In this document: positions 46,717 to 56,908 of the stretch, in pieces
How the letters are laid out: the number at the start of each line of letters is the position of its first letter
Position numbering within the stretch: position 1 is the stretch's first letter
Assembly: GCA_963713975.1 (NCBI GenBank)
Contig: OY970218.1
Span: 2,592,001 to 2,656,000 of the forward strand
DNA: 64,000 bases
Direction of reading: 5' to 3'
Source of the DNA: an uncultured Chloroflexia bacterium
GTDB taxonomy: Bacteria; Chloroflexota; Limnocylindria; Limnocylindrales; CSP1-4
Notes under the pieces: model-generated
The model's database searches: none
The model's input: the letters and a program-made list of their open reading frames with translations, nothing else
Told to the model about the DNA's origin: nothing
Made by a program: the position numbers and the translations under genes

Positions 46717-49707
46717 CTACCCGCGGTTGCGCCGCTTTGCCTCGCGCAGCCGCGCCAGCGTGTCGGTGGTGTCTCCGACGCCCGACGGTGGTGGTGGCGG
46801 TGGCGGTGGCGCCGGTGCGGGCGGCGGCGGGAGCGGGTTCGGCGGGGTCGGCGCCTCGCCGTCCGGCAACGTGCCCACTGCCGGTCCCGGTTTCGCTTCG
46901 GGCGTCGCGGCCATACCGCCCTCGACCACGGCAACGGCGGCCCCATCGGCGGCGGCAATACGGTCGGCCGTCTCGCGCCGCAGCGCCGATCGTGCCCCCG
47001 AGGCGCCGGCACGTTCGCGGGCGGCCAGCATGCTCTCGGAGGTCACGGTGCGGGCCGCGACCCGCCTTCCGCGCACCCGGTCCGTGATCCACCGCCGGCC
47101 GTCCACGAGCTCCCGCCGCCCCAGCGCAACACGTCGAAGCGCGATGTCCAGCGGCCACAGGAGGAGGGCGAGCACCAGCAGCCACGGCCAGAGATCCGTG
47201 TAGCGGCTCGTGGATTGCAGGTCGTGGATCCAGACGCCCGCCGGCAGGTCCACCTCGGAGCCGCCGGTGGCCGCGCGGATCGCCCCCAGCAGCGGCTCGT
47301 TCGCACCCAGGAGTCGGTACTCCGCCGCGGTGGGCGCGACCAGGCCCAGCGTGCGACCCAGGGCGGCGGCGCCGGGCTTGGTCTGGGTCACGCGGACCGC
47401 GTAGGCGCCGCTCTCGAGCGAGGCTACCGGCGACTCGTACACGCCGGGTGCGACCTGGCTGAGGTCGACCGCGACCGGCTCGAGGTCGGGCCCCACCAGG
47501 GCAACCCTCGTCGCGTAGAAGTCGCGGGGTGAGCCGTCGGTGTCGACGCTCTCGACGCGCAGGTAGGTCCGGCCGCCGCGATCCACGAACGCGGCCTCGA
47601 TGCCGCCGCTCTCCTCGCCCGGGAACGTCCATCCGACCATCTGGCTGAAGAACCGGCTGAACCCCTGCCACCCGACCCAGCTCTTCGCCCAGCGTCCCGT
47701 GGAGTCCGATGTCCAGGCCACCGACCTGCCCAGGCCGTACTGCCACTGGGCCAGCAGCGGGTCGTCGCGCGCGGTCACCAGCACCGTCTGCGCCGCCGGC
47801 TTCGCCGTCGTCCCGTTGTAGCCAAGCAGCTGGGGCATCCCGTCGTCGATGCCGCGCAGGATCGGCGAGCTGGAGGCGAGGATCGGGAAGAACGCCTCCT
47901 CCACGATCTGCTGGCCGGAGACCTGCTGCGTCTCCTTGAGGAAGATGTCCGGGATCGATGCCGGGTTGGCTGCCGAGTAGAACCGCCCGCCGCCCGCCTT
48001 CGCCAGCTGCTCCAGGAACGGGTTGGCACCACCGCCCGCCCCCACCGTGGACAGCGTGATGCCGGCAGCCTGCATCCGCTTGATGATCTCGTCGTACTGG
48101 CCGCTGCTCGACCAGCCGTCCGTGAGCAGGATGATGTGGCGACGCGTCGCCGTCGCGGTCTCGAGCGACTGCACCGCCTGGTCGAGGCCGGCGTAGATGT
48201 TGGTCTGGCCCAGCGGCGTGATCGCGCCGATGGCTCCCTGGAGGTCCGCCAGGCCCCCCAGCGGCGCGGTCTTGACCACCCAGTGGGCGGCCTCGTTGAA
48301 GGCCACCACGCCCAGCTCGTCCTGGGCGGTCAGGGCCGAGGCTGCGCGCAGGATGGCCTCCTTGCCGATGTCGGTCTTCTTGACGCCGGCGATCCCTGAG
48401 CCACCGCCCATGCCGCCGTCGAAGCTGTTGCAGTGGCAGGCGTCCATCGACCCGGACTCGTCGATGACGACCACGAGGGCGACGTCGGGCTGCTTCTGGC
48501 GGTCGCGCACGCCCATGTCGACCGGGAGCGCCTCCTCCAGTGGGGTGTCCGTGTAGCCGCCGGCGCCGTAGGCGCGCGGTCCGCCGATGGTGACCAGGCC
48601 GCGGCCGAGGTCGCGGACGTACACCTGGAGCGCCGCCAGCGCGGCGTCCGTGAGGCGCAGTCGGGGCACGTCCACGAGCACGATGGAGTCGTAGTCCGCG
48701 AGCCCGGCGAGGTCGGACGGCAGGGCCTCCGGGATCACCGTGTCCACCGTCTGGCGCTCCGTCTCGAGGGCCGCCACCAGCTGGAGCGCGACCTCCTCGT
48801 CGCCCTTGACGACCAGAACCCTGGGCTCGCCCTTGACGATGGTGTTCGCGTCGGCGCGATCGTTCTGGTTGAACGCGTCGCGGGCCGCCTCGATGACGAT
48901 CCGGAAGCGCAGGAACCCCGCGTCCCTGGCCGTGAACAGGAAGTCGACGCGGTTCGCGCCGGCGGCGAGCTCGAGCGGCCTGGTCGCGGCCAGGTCCCCG
49001 TTGACGAACAGGCGCGCGGTTGCCGGCTGGGCGATGGTGGACGTGACGTCGCCGGTCACCTGGACCTGTTCGCCGAGCCGCGCCGTGGACGGAGCGGTCA
49101 GCCGCTCTACCACGACCTCCTCGGCGCCGGCGAGGCCGGTGAGGTGCGTCTCCACCTGGATGCCCCGGGCGGCGGCAAGGGCCGCCTCCGTCTGGCCGGA
49201 TCCGGTCGTGTCGTTGCCATCGGAGAGCAGGACGATCCGCTTCTGGGCGTCGTCCGGGAACAGGGCGCCCGCCAGCCGGAGGGCTGCCCCGATGTCGGTC
49301 GCGCCGCGGACGGGCGTGGAGGCGATGCGATCGATCTCCGCGAGGTCGGACGGCAGCCGCTCGACGAGCGCGTCCCCACCGAACGCGACGATCCCCGCCA
49401 CGTCCTCGTCCTCCTTGGCGGTGAGGCTCTCCCGGAGGAACGCGAGCGATTCCTCGCGGCCGGCCGTCCCGACCGAGTCCGAGAGGTCCACGACGTAGAC
49501 CACGGCCAGGCGGTCCACCGGCAGCACGAGCTGGAACCCGGCGAGGGCGAAGACCAGCGCCGACAGCAGCAGCACGCGGATTCCGAGGGCTGTGCGCCGT
49601 CGCCCCACGCCGAGCCGGCGGCGCGAGGCCATGTGCAGGGCGATGACGACTGCCACCAGGGGCGGCAGGAGCAGCAGGGCCAGCGGCGCATCGAAGTGGA
49701 TGCCCAT
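46717..49707 (-). CDS. Membrane protein with two VWA domains and glutamine-amidotransferase-like segments
   Basis: MIDAS motifs DLSDS and DESGS, LLSDG and LLTDG, QWQYGLGRSVAWTSD, and terminal TMs. Confidence 0.88.
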   Translation of the reverse strand: MGIHFDAPLALLLLPPLVAVVIALHMASRRRLGVGRRRTALGIRVLLLSALVFALAGFQLVLPVDRLAVVYVVDLSDSVGTAGREESLAFLRESLTAKEDEDVAGIVAFGGDALVERLPSDLAEIDRIASTPVRGATDIGAALRLAGALFPDDAQKRIVLLSDGNDTTGSGQTEAALAAARGIQVETHLTGLAGAEEVVVERLTAPSTARLGEQVQVTGDVTSTIAQPATARLFVNGDLAATRPLELAAGANRVDFLFTARDAGFLRFRIVIEAARDAFNQNDRADANTIVKGEPRVLVVKGDEEVALQLVAALETERQTVDTVIPEALPSDLAGLADYDSIVLVDVPRLRLTDAALAALQVYVRDLGRGLVTIGGPRAYGAGGYTDTPLEEALPVDMGVRDRQKQPDVALVVVIDESGSMDACHCNSFDGGMGGGSGIAGVKKTDIGKEAILRAASALTAQDELGVVAFNEAAHWVVKTAPLGGLADLQGAIGAITPLGQTNIYAGLDQAVQSLETATATRRHIILLTDGWSSSGQYDEIIKRMQAAGITLSTVGAGGGANPFLEQLAKAGGGRFYSAANPASIPDIFLKETQQVSGQQIVEEAFFPILASSSPILRGIDDGMPQLLGYNGTTAKPAAQTVLVTARDDPLLAQWQYGLGRSVAWTSDSTGRWAKSWVGWQGFSRFFSQMVGWTFPGEESGGIEAAFVDRGGRTYLRVESVDTDGSPRDFYATRVALVGPDLEPVAVDLSQVAPGVYESPVASLESGAYAVRVTQTKPGAAALGRTLGLVAPTAAEYRLLGANEPLLGAIRAATGGSEVDLPAGVWIHDLQSTSRYTDLWPWLLVLALLLWPLDIALRRVALGRRELVDGRRWITDRVRGRRVAARTVTSESMLAARERAGASGARSALRRETADRIAAADGAAVAVVEGGMAATPEAKPGPAVGTLPDGEAPTPPNPLPPPPAPAPPPPPPPPSGVGDTTDTLARLREAKRRNRG

Positions 49708-51812
49708 CACGCGCCCCTGCCCGTGGCCCGGCTTCCACGCAGGCGCATCATGATCCCGCGACGGAGCCGGGCCAGCGTGTCGCGCTCGTAGACGAGCCAC
49801 TCGACGGTGAGGACGAGCAGGGCAATCAGCACGACCGGGATCCACAGCTCGTCCCGCGCGCTGGGCCGCACCGTCCCGGCACCGTCGGCCGCGCCCGTGC
49901 CGCCGTCGGGGCTCGCCGCCGGCCCGCCCATGGCCTGGAGCCGTGCGGCGTCGCCCGGTGCGATCCGGGACTCGTCGACGTCGAGCAGGGCGACAGCGAA
50001 GCGGACGGGGGCGTCCGGGTCTGCGGGACGGAAGGTGGGTGACGCCCCCGGCGAGGCGCCTGCGCCGGTCGAGGCCGAGGCGGATGGCGCCGGGGATGAC
50101 GAGCCTGCCGACGGTGACGTGCTCGCGTCGGGGTCGGCGATCGGCGTCACCGTGTACACGCCCAGCAGGTCGGTGCGCGCGAAGGTCACGGCGCCCGCGC
50201 CATCGACCGGCGCCAGGAGCTCGTCGATGGTGCCATCCGGGCGCTCCACACGCACGCCCGCCGCCCCGGCCGGGATGTCGAGCGTGACGGGGGCGCCGGG
50301 CGCGATGGCATCGACGGGCGTCTCGGAACCTCCGAGCAGCTCGCCCGCCAGGTTGGCGAGCAGGACCGGGAAGGCCACCTGGAGCGGCAGGTCGGAGCGA
50401 CGCGGCTCGAAGGCCATGACCGCGGCCGGCTGTCCCGCGAGCGTGCCCGCAAACAGCAGCGGCGACGTGCCGGGGCCCGGGATGACCGGGCGCGCCCAGG
50501 ATGGCAGCTCCAGCTTCCGGGCCTCGCCGACGTGGACCGTCGACAGGTCCACGTAGCGCAGGATGGGGTCGGAGGCATCGATCGCACCGATCCCCGGGTT
50601 CGTCAGGGTTCCGGTGACGGTGGCCAGCGGCGACGAGGCCGGAGGCGCGATCGCGAGGATCGGCTTGGCCGGCAGGTCCGCGGGCAGGTAGCCCTCGAAG
50701 ATGATCAGGTCGAACAGCTCGGGCCTGGTCCCGGGGCCGTACTCGGCGGGCGTCACGCCATACAGCTCAGTGTCCGGGAGGTAGGTCAGCGCGGTCTCCA
50801 GGTACGGGTCGCCATCGCCGACCAGGAGGATCGTCCGCAGGCGTGCCGGCGGCACGATGGCCCATGCCCGGTCGTCCACGGCCAGGGGATCGGCGACCGC
50901 GCTCGTCGTCTCGTCCCTGGCCACCAGGCGGACCTCGACCACCGACGCCGGGTGGTCGGGATCGTCGATGTCGTCGATGGAGATGTCGGTCTTGCGCTGG
51001 GGGTCCAGGGTCAGGACCCGCGAGTCGCGCAGCACCCCGTCCGCGTAGAGCTGGACCCTCCGCTCCGCCATGCCCAGGCCCAGGTTCGCGATGGAGATGA
51101 ACGCGGAGTGGGACAGGCCGCTGGGTGCCGTCCGCACCGCCAGCGCGACGATCGCCTCGTTCTTCGCCTCCCGGCCGACCTGGAGGACGCGGACGGGCGC
51201 CTGGAGGGTGCCGGTCGGTGGCGTCGCGAGGGCCGCGTCCGTCGCCACGAGGATCTCGGCGTCCCCCGAACGGGCAGCCAGCGCGGATGCGAGGCGCAGC
51301 GCATCGCCCAGGTCACCGACGTCGGAGGTCGGGGTGATGGCCTCGATGGCCTGCTTGACGTTGCTCATGTCGTCGGTGCCGTTGGCTACCACCCGGGCCG
51401 TCCGGCCCGCCGCGATCACGCTGACCTTGCCGCTCGCCGGGAGATCCTTGAGAGCGTCGATCGCGGCGGCCTTCGCGGCGTCGAGGCGGGTCGGGCTCGC
51501 GTCGGTCGCCTGCATTGACGCGGACGTGTCGATCACCAGCACCAGATCCCCGGCGAGACCCGCGGGCCGTTCCACGAATGGGCGCGCGGCGAGCAGGACC
51601 AGGATCACGACCAGCAGCAGCTGGAGGAGCAGCAGAAGGCTCCGGCGCAGTCGCTGCCACGGAGCGTTGGCCTCCACGTCCGCCACCAGCCGCTGCCACA
51701 GGAGCGTCGACGGCACAATTGCCTCGTCCCGCCGCAGCTTGAGCAGGTACATCGCCACCACGACCGGCAGGAACGCCAGGCCGGCGAGCGCGAGCGGTGC
51801 GAGGAGCCCCAC
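49707..51812 (-). CDS. BatA-type N-terminal plus VWA domain membrane protein
   Basis: YLLKLRR...PSTLLW, LAARP, DTSASM and a C-terminal LLVLTVEW. Confidence 0.88.
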   Translation of the reverse strand: MGLLAPLALAGLAFLPVVVAMYLLKLRRDEAIVPSTLLWQRLVADVEANAPWQRLRRSLLLLLQLLLVVILVLLAARPFVERPAGLAGDLVLVIDTSASMQATDASPTRLDAAKAAAIDALKDLPASGKVSVIAAGRTARVVANGTDDMSNVKQAIEAITPTSDVGDLGDALRLASALAARSGDAEILVATDAALATPPTGTLQAPVRVLQVGREAKNEAIVALAVRTAPSGLSHSAFISIANLGLGMAERRVQLYADGVLRDSRVLTLDPQRKTDISIDDIDDPDHPASVVEVRLVARDETTSAVADPLAVDDRAWAIVPPARLRTILLVGDGDPYLETALTYLPDTELYGVTPAEYGPGTRPELFDLIIFEGYLPADLPAKPILAIAPPASSPLATVTGTLTNPGIGAIDASDPILRYVDLSTVHVGEARKLELPSWARPVIPGPGTSPLLFAGTLAGQPAAVMAFEPRRSDLPLQVAFPVLLANLAGELLGGSETPVDAIAPGAPVTLDIPAGAAGVRVERPDGTIDELLAPVDGAGAVTFARTDLLGVYTVTPIADPDASTSPSAGSSSPAPSASASTGAGASPGASPTFRPADPDAPVRFAVALLDVDESRIAPGDAARLQAMGGPAASPDGGTGAADGAGTVRPSARDELWIPVVLIALLVLTVEWLVYERDTLARLRRGIMMRLRGSRATGRGA

Positions 51813-51813
51813 G

Positions 51814-52833
51814 TCAGCCGACCACGCGCCGTCGCCGCAGCTCCGCGAACACGAGATCCGCGAGCGGGGTGTCCGTGGCGATCGGCACGTACGATGCCCG
51901 CCGCTTGCGGGCCAGGTCCGAGAGGCCCTCCTGCCAGGCCACGAGACGCGCCTTGTAGTCGTCGAGCGCGGCCAGGTCCACGGTCACGTCGAGGCGCTCG
52001 CCGTTCTCGCTGTCCACCAGCCTGAGGTCTCCCTCGAGCGGCGGGTCCAGCTCCTCGGGCGAGAGCGTGTGGAGGACGATGAGCTCGGAGCCCGTCGCCG
52101 CGAGCTCGCGGATCACGCGATCCGCCGATGGGTCCAGCAGGTCCGACAGGAGGACCACCACGCCACGGCCGGTCAGCATCGCCGCGGCGTGCCGGGCCGC
52201 GAGCAGCAGGTCGGTCGGGCCGTCGGCCGGCCGGATGCCCGACAGGTTGCCGAGCAGGCGGAAGACCCTCCCGGATCCGCGCAGGCCGCTGTGGCGTCGC
52301 GCCGTGCGGCCCGAGAGCGCGGTCGTCACCACGCGGTCCTCGCCGGCGAGGGCGACGTAGCCCAGGGCGGCCGCGGCCCGCTTGGCAAAGAGCAGCTTCT
52401 CGGGCCGCCCGAACGCCATGGACGGGCTGGCATCGAGCAGGAACGTGATCGTCACGTCCTCCTCCTCGACGAACAGCTTGACGAACAGTTTCTCGAGCCG
52501 GGCGTAGACGTTCCAGTCCAACTGGCGGAGGTCGTCGCCCAGCGAGTAGTCGCGGTAGTCCGCGAACTCGACGGACTGGCCGCGCTTCACGCTCCGCCGT
52601 CCGCCCTTGAGCCCGCCGCGGACCGGTTGCTTCATGAGCACGCCGAGCCGCTCGAGCTGCCGCAGGAAGCCCTCGTCGAAGACCGTCGGGTCGAGGTCGT
52701 TGGCCAGGAACGCCCGGACCCCATCTGGCTTCCCAGGGGCGCGTGCCGCTGCCGGGGCACGCGCCGACTCGGGCGCGGCCTCGGACACGTGCTCCGGGCC
52801 CGTGTCCTCGGGCGGAGTGGGGGACAGGGTCAT
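51814..52833 (-). CDS. DUF58 domain protein
   Basis: GQSVEFADYRDYSLGDDLRQLDWN, DASPSM and LSD motifs. Confidence 0.93.
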   Translation of the reverse strand: MTLSPTPPEDTGPEHVSEAAPESARAPAAARAPGKPDGVRAFLANDLDPTVFDEGFLRQLERLGVLMKQPVRGGLKGGRRSVKRGQSVEFADYRDYSLGDDLRQLDWNVYARLEKLFVKLFVEEEDVTITFLLDASPSMAFGRPEKLLFAKRAAAALGYVALAGEDRVVTTALSGRTARRHSGLRGSGRVFRLLGNLSGIRPADGPTDLLLAARHAAAMLTGRGVVVLLSDLLDPSADRVIRELAATGSELIVLHTLSPEELDPPLEGDLRLVDSENGERLDVTVDLAALDDYKARLVAWQEGLSDLARKRRASYVPIATDTPLADLVFAELRRRRVVG

Positions 52834-52846
52834 GATCGCGAGCCGC

Positions 52847-53878
52847 CTACTCCACGGAGGGCGGCACGACCTCGTCCAGGATCGACCGGATGACGGCCTC
52901 GGACGTGATGCCCTCGGCCTCGCCCTCGAAGTTGAGGATCACCCGGTGGCGGAGCGCGGGCATAGCGGCGGCACGAACGTCGTCCAGGGACACGTTGTAG
53001 CGGCCGTCCATGAGGGCCAGGATCTTGCCCGCGGTCACGAGCGCCTGCGCCCCGCGCGGCGAGCCGCCGTAGCGCACGTACTGGCGCACCAGTGACGGCG
53101 CCCGCTGGCTGTCCGGGTGGGTGGCGGCCAGGATCGACACTGCGAAGGCCGTGATGTGGGGCGCGATGGGCACCGCGCGGGCCAAGCGCTGCATCTCCAC
53201 GATCTCGGCCGCCGTGGCGGCGGGGCTGGCCTGCGGCGCGTCCGCGCCCGTCGTCCGGTCGATGATCGCGATCAGGTCCTCCTCGGACGGGAACGGGACC
53301 ATGACCTTGAGCAAGAACCTGTCCAGCTGGGCCTCGGGAAGGGGATACGTGCCCTCCATCTCGAGCGGGTTCTGGGTGGCGAGGACGAAGAACGGCGGAT
53401 CGAGTGGATAGCGGTTGCGCGCCACCGTGACCTGGTGCTCCTGCATCGCCTCCAGCAGGGACGACTGGGTCTTGGGCGTCGCCCGGTTGATCTCGTCGGC
53501 GAGGACGAGGTTGGCGAAGATCGGGCCCGGCTGGAAGCGAAAGACGCGGCTGCCGCCCTCCTCGATCAGGATGTTGGTGCCGGTGATATCGGCCGGCATC
53601 AGGTCGGGCGTGAACTGGACCCGGCTGAACGAGCAGTCGATCACGTCCGCGATCGTCCGGACGAGCATGGTCTTGCCTAGACCGGGCACACCCTCCAGGA
53701 GGACGTGGCTGTTCGCGAGCAGGCCGACGAGCGTGTGGCGGACCAGCTCGCGCTGGCCGACGATCACCTTGCCGATCTCGCTCTCGATGGCCCGGGCCCG
53801 TTCGGCGAAGGCCTCCGGGGCGATGCGGTGCGGCTCGGCCGTCGCGGGGGCCCCGGTCGGGGCGGTGGGAGCGTCCAT
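52847..53878 (-). CDS. moxR: MoxR-family AAA+ ATPase
   Basis: EGVPGLGKT, QFTPDLMPADI, DEINR and ATQNPLEMEGTYPLPEAQLDRF motifs. Confidence 0.95.
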   Translation of the reverse strand: MDAPTAPTGAPATAEPHRIAPEAFAERARAIESEIGKVIVGQRELVRHTLVGLLANSHVLLEGVPGLGKTMLVRTIADVIDCSFSRVQFTPDLMPADITGTNILIEEGGSRVFRFQPGPIFANLVLADEINRATPKTQSSLLEAMQEHQVTVARNRYPLDPPFFVLATQNPLEMEGTYPLPEAQLDRFLLKVMVPFPSEEDLIAIIDRTTGADAPQASPAATAAEIVEMQRLARAVPIAPHITAFAVSILAATHPDSQRAPSLVRQYVRYGGSPRGAQALVTAGKILALMDGRYNVSLDDVRAAAMPALRHRVILNFEGEAEGITSEAVIRSILDEVVPPSVE

Positions 53879-53918
53879 GGGTCCTCCGGGGGTCTGGTGG
53901 CCGCGTCGGCCGGTCGCG

Positions 53919-55865
53919 CTAGTTACCGGGATCGAGCGAGCTGAAGTAGTCGCGAACGTAGTCCTTGACCGAGATCGGGACGTACGAGCGGTCGAGCGTG
54001 GTCAGCGCGTAGTCGTGGAAGTCGCCGTACACGGAGTCGTAGGGGACGTACGCGCCGTTGTTGCTGCCCTGGCCCTGCTGGCTGCCCTGCTGCGTCTGGC
54101 CGTCGCCGCCGGTGCCCGCGACATAGGACGGGTCGCCCGGCTTGCCCAGGCGGTCGAAGGGGGCGAACACCGAGGACTGGTCGGCGCCGAGCTGGCTGGG
54201 ACGGTTGGGGTTGATCGGCCCGCCCGGCCTGCCGTTTGACATCCCGGTGCCGAGGTGGGCGGCGTTCGAGCCGCCGCCCCCGAGCGAGCCACCACCCTGA
54301 CCCTGCCCCTGGCCCTGACCCTGCCCCTGGCCCTGGCCCTGCCCCTGCCCCTGCCCCTGCCCCTGCCCCTGCCCCTGCCCCTGCCCCTGCCCCTGCCCCT
54401 GCCCTTGCCCACCACTGGACGATGCGCCCGGGGACTGGCTCGCGCCGCCACCCTGGGCGGAACCCGGCGAGGCACTCGGGTTGGGGCTGCCCTGCTGTCC
54501 CGTGCCCTGCTGTCCCGTGCCCGGCTGTCCCGTGCCCTGCTGACCCGTGCCCTGCTGGCTTCCCGCGTTGGCCAGCTCGCGTCGTGCATCCTGCAGACCC
54601 GAAGCGGCCGTCGCCAGGTCGCGGTTCACCTGCACGCGGTCTGCGGCAGAGGTGAGCGCCTCACCCAGGCGGTCCATCGCGGCCCGGGCACCGGCGCTGT
54701 CCTCCTGCGAGAGGCTGGCAACGGCATCGCGGAGCGCCTGACCGGCCGCGCCGTCTGCCTGGCTCGCCTGACCCTGGAGCTCGGCCAGGCGTCGGGCGAG
54801 AGCGTCGCGTTCGGCCGGCGTCATCGCGTCCGTCTTGTCGCCCGCGTCCTCGAGGTCGCGCCTGGTCTCGTCCGGGTCACCGCCGGGATTCGCCTTCGGG
54901 TCGGCCGTGGCCGTCCGGGACAGCGCCCGGGAGAGGGCGGCGATCGATGCGGCGCGCTGTTCTGCCGCGGGGTCCAGCTGGGCACGGACGTCGTCCTCCA
55001 CCGAGCCCAGCTGGGCGAGGTTGCGCTCGAGATCGCCGGGGTTGGCGCGCAGCCGTTCGGCCAGCTGCCTCAGCTCCTCGGACAACCGCGTCCGCGGATC
55101 GTTCGCGCTGGCGCCCTTGCCGTCGAGCCGTCTCGCGATCTCGTCGATCCGCTCGGCCTGGCGCTCGGCCTCCTGGCGCAGCTCGCGGTTCTGCTGGATC
55201 ACGAGATCCATCGGGTTGGGGACCAGGACGGCCGGGACGATGAGCATGAGAGCGAACAGGGCCGTCATCGCCGGCCGGCGCGCGATCCTCGGCCGGAACA
55301 GCGACGGGTCCACTGCGCCCAGGCGGGCCAGCGCATCGCGGCGCTGGCGGCGGACGAAGCGTGCCTCCGCCGCGGCCAGGTCAAACGCTCCATCGACGGC
55401 GATCGTCTCGTCCTCGCTCGACGGGGCAGGGCCCGCGGTCCCGGGGCTGGCATCCGCGAAGGCCAGGGCGGAGGCGACGGCGTCGCCATCACCGCTCTCG
55501 GCGTCCAGCGCGAGGGCCGTCTCGCCGAGCGTCGGCCGCACCCGGGCCACCGCGACCAGCAGGGCCACCAGCCCAAGGACCGGGAGCGCGACCGCGACGA
55601 GCGGGGCCTGTTCCAGCGGGAGGATGCGCTGGGCGATGACGAGGCAAAGCTCCGCGACCGCCACCACGGCGGCCACGTACCAGGCCCTCCGGACCGAGCG
55701 GCGAAGCCACAGGCGACGTCGATGGGGCGCCAACCCGTACCTGATCCCGCTCAGCGCCGGGTCCAGCGCGACGCCGAGCGTCGCCGGGTCGGCAGGGACG
55801 AAGGCCGGCGCTGCGGCGGATCGGCGTCGGTGCAGCGCCCACCGAGGCGGCAGGATCCGCGGCAT
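53919..55865 (-). CDS. Membrane-anchored coiled-coil protein with a Gly-Gln tract
   Basis: Three TMs, a long helical region, a GQ repeat and a C-terminal VPISVKDYVRDYFSSL. Confidence 0.85.
   Translation of the reverse strand: MPRILPPRWALHRRRSAAAPAFVPADPATLGVALDPALSGIRYGLAPHRRRLWLRRSVRRAWYVAAVVAVAELCLVIAQRILPLEQAPLVAVALPVLGLVALLVAVARVRPTLGETALALDAESGDGDAVASALAFADASPGTAGPAPSSEDETIAVDGAFDLAAAEARFVRRQRRDALARLGAVDPSLFRPRIARRPAMTALFALMLIVPAVLVPNPMDLVIQQNRELRQEAERQAERIDEIARRLDGKGASANDPRTRLSEELRQLAERLRANPGDLERNLAQLGSVEDDVRAQLDPAAEQRAASIAALSRALSRTATADPKANPGGDPDETRRDLEDAGDKTDAMTPAERDALARRLAELQGQASQADGAAGQALRDAVASLSQEDSAGARAAMDRLGEALTSAADRVQVNRDLATAASGLQDARRELANAGSQQGTGQQGTGQPGTGQQGTGQQGSPNPSASPGSAQGGGASQSPGASSSGGQGQGQGQGQGQGQGQGQGQGQGQGQGQGQGQGQGQGQGGGSLGGGGSNAAHLGTGMSNGRPGGPINPNRPSQLGADQSSVFAPFDRLGKPGDPSYVAGTGGDGQTQQGSQQGQGSNNGAYVPYDSVYGDFHDYALTTLDRSYVPISVKDYVRDYFSSLDPGN
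54295..54555 (-). repeat. Hexamer microsatellite (about 19 GQ units, 11 perfect CCCTGC copies) plus 15-bp QQGTG repeats
   Basis: Perfect CCCTGC run at 54337-54402. CCCTGCTGTCCCGTG-type units at ~54490-54555. Confidence 0.92.
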
Positions 55866-56908
55866 CAGGCCTCACCCCCGGACGGCCGAGGCGGCCGGCG
55901 CCGCAGGCGTACATGCCAGCGCCGGGTCGGCGACACGAGCTGGACCGACGCCACGATCAGCACGAGCGCGGTCACGAGCATCGCGACCAGGCTGCGCGGC
56001 CAGTAGCTGTCGCGCACGCCGCCGAGGTTCGCCCCGGCGTCGGCGAAACCGGCGCCGTCGCTGTTCGTGACGCCGGCCACGACCTGGCAGGATGACCCGA
56101 AGCCGGTCTCCGTGCCGCACATCACGTCAATCTGGGCGACGAACGGGTTGAGCCACATCAGTGCCTCGGGTGGCCTGCGGGTCAGGTTCTCGATCAGTCC
56201 AGCGTCACGGTTCGCCCGGTCCGGCAGGAACCCGCTGGATCCCGTCATGGCGGTCCAGAAGATGAACACGAAGGCGGTGCCGGCCGTGAGCGCGATCACG
56301 ACGACGAGGTTGATCACGGTCGCGGCCTGCGTTCGTCGAACCAGGGCAGACACGAACAGGCCCATCGCGCCGTAGGTCAGCGCCGTGGCCAGCAGGACCA
56401 CGTATGCCCGGACCACGTCCTCCGGCGCCACCCCGCCGTACGTGAACACGAGGGCCACGATGGGGATGGAGGCGAGCAGCAGCAGCAGGATCCAGGACAG
56501 CGCCGAGAGCAGCTTGCCGAGCACGATCGCGAGCGAGGAGATCGGCGTCGTGACCAGCAGGTCGAGCGTCTGCTTCTCGCGCTCGAGGCTGATCGCGCCG
56601 GCGGTGGAGGCCGGGGCGAGGATCAGGGTCACCAGGGTGAGCAGCATGACGATCGCCAGGAACAGCAGGCGCCCGATCTCCGACGACGCCGAGAAGGCCG
56701 AGTTGAAGCCACCGGAGAAGCTCCGCTCGGTGAGCGACTCGATCATCCACGCGAAGCCCGCGACCACCAGCAGGTAGACCGTAAGGATCACGAATGCCCG
56801 CTTGCCACGCATGCGGCCACGCAGCTCCTTGACGCCCACGGCGGCCATGCCCGTGCCGATATCGCGGACCCCGGCGAACCTGGACCGCCCTCCGGCGACG
56901 CCGCTCAC
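55865..56908 (-). CDS. ABC-2 type permease
   Basis: KELRGRMR, AISLEREKQTLDLL, GKL and multiple TMs. The GTG overlaps the ATPase stop. Confidence 0.9.
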   Translation of the reverse strand: MSGVAGGRSRFAGVRDIGTGMAAVGVKELRGRMRGKRAFVILTVYLLVVAGFAWMIESLTERSFSGGFNSAFSASSEIGRLLFLAIVMLLTLVTLILAPASTAGAISLEREKQTLDLLVTTPISSLAIVLGKLLSALSWILLLLLASIPIVALVFTYGGVAPEDVVRAYVVLLATALTYGAMGLFVSALVRRTQAATVINLVVVIALTAGTAFVFIFWTAMTGSSGFLPDRANRDAGLIENLTRRPPEALMWLNPFVAQIDVMCGTETGFGSSCQVVAGVTNSDGAGFADAGANLGGVRDSYWPRSLVAMLVTALVLIVASVQLVSPTRRWHVRLRRRPPRPSGGEA

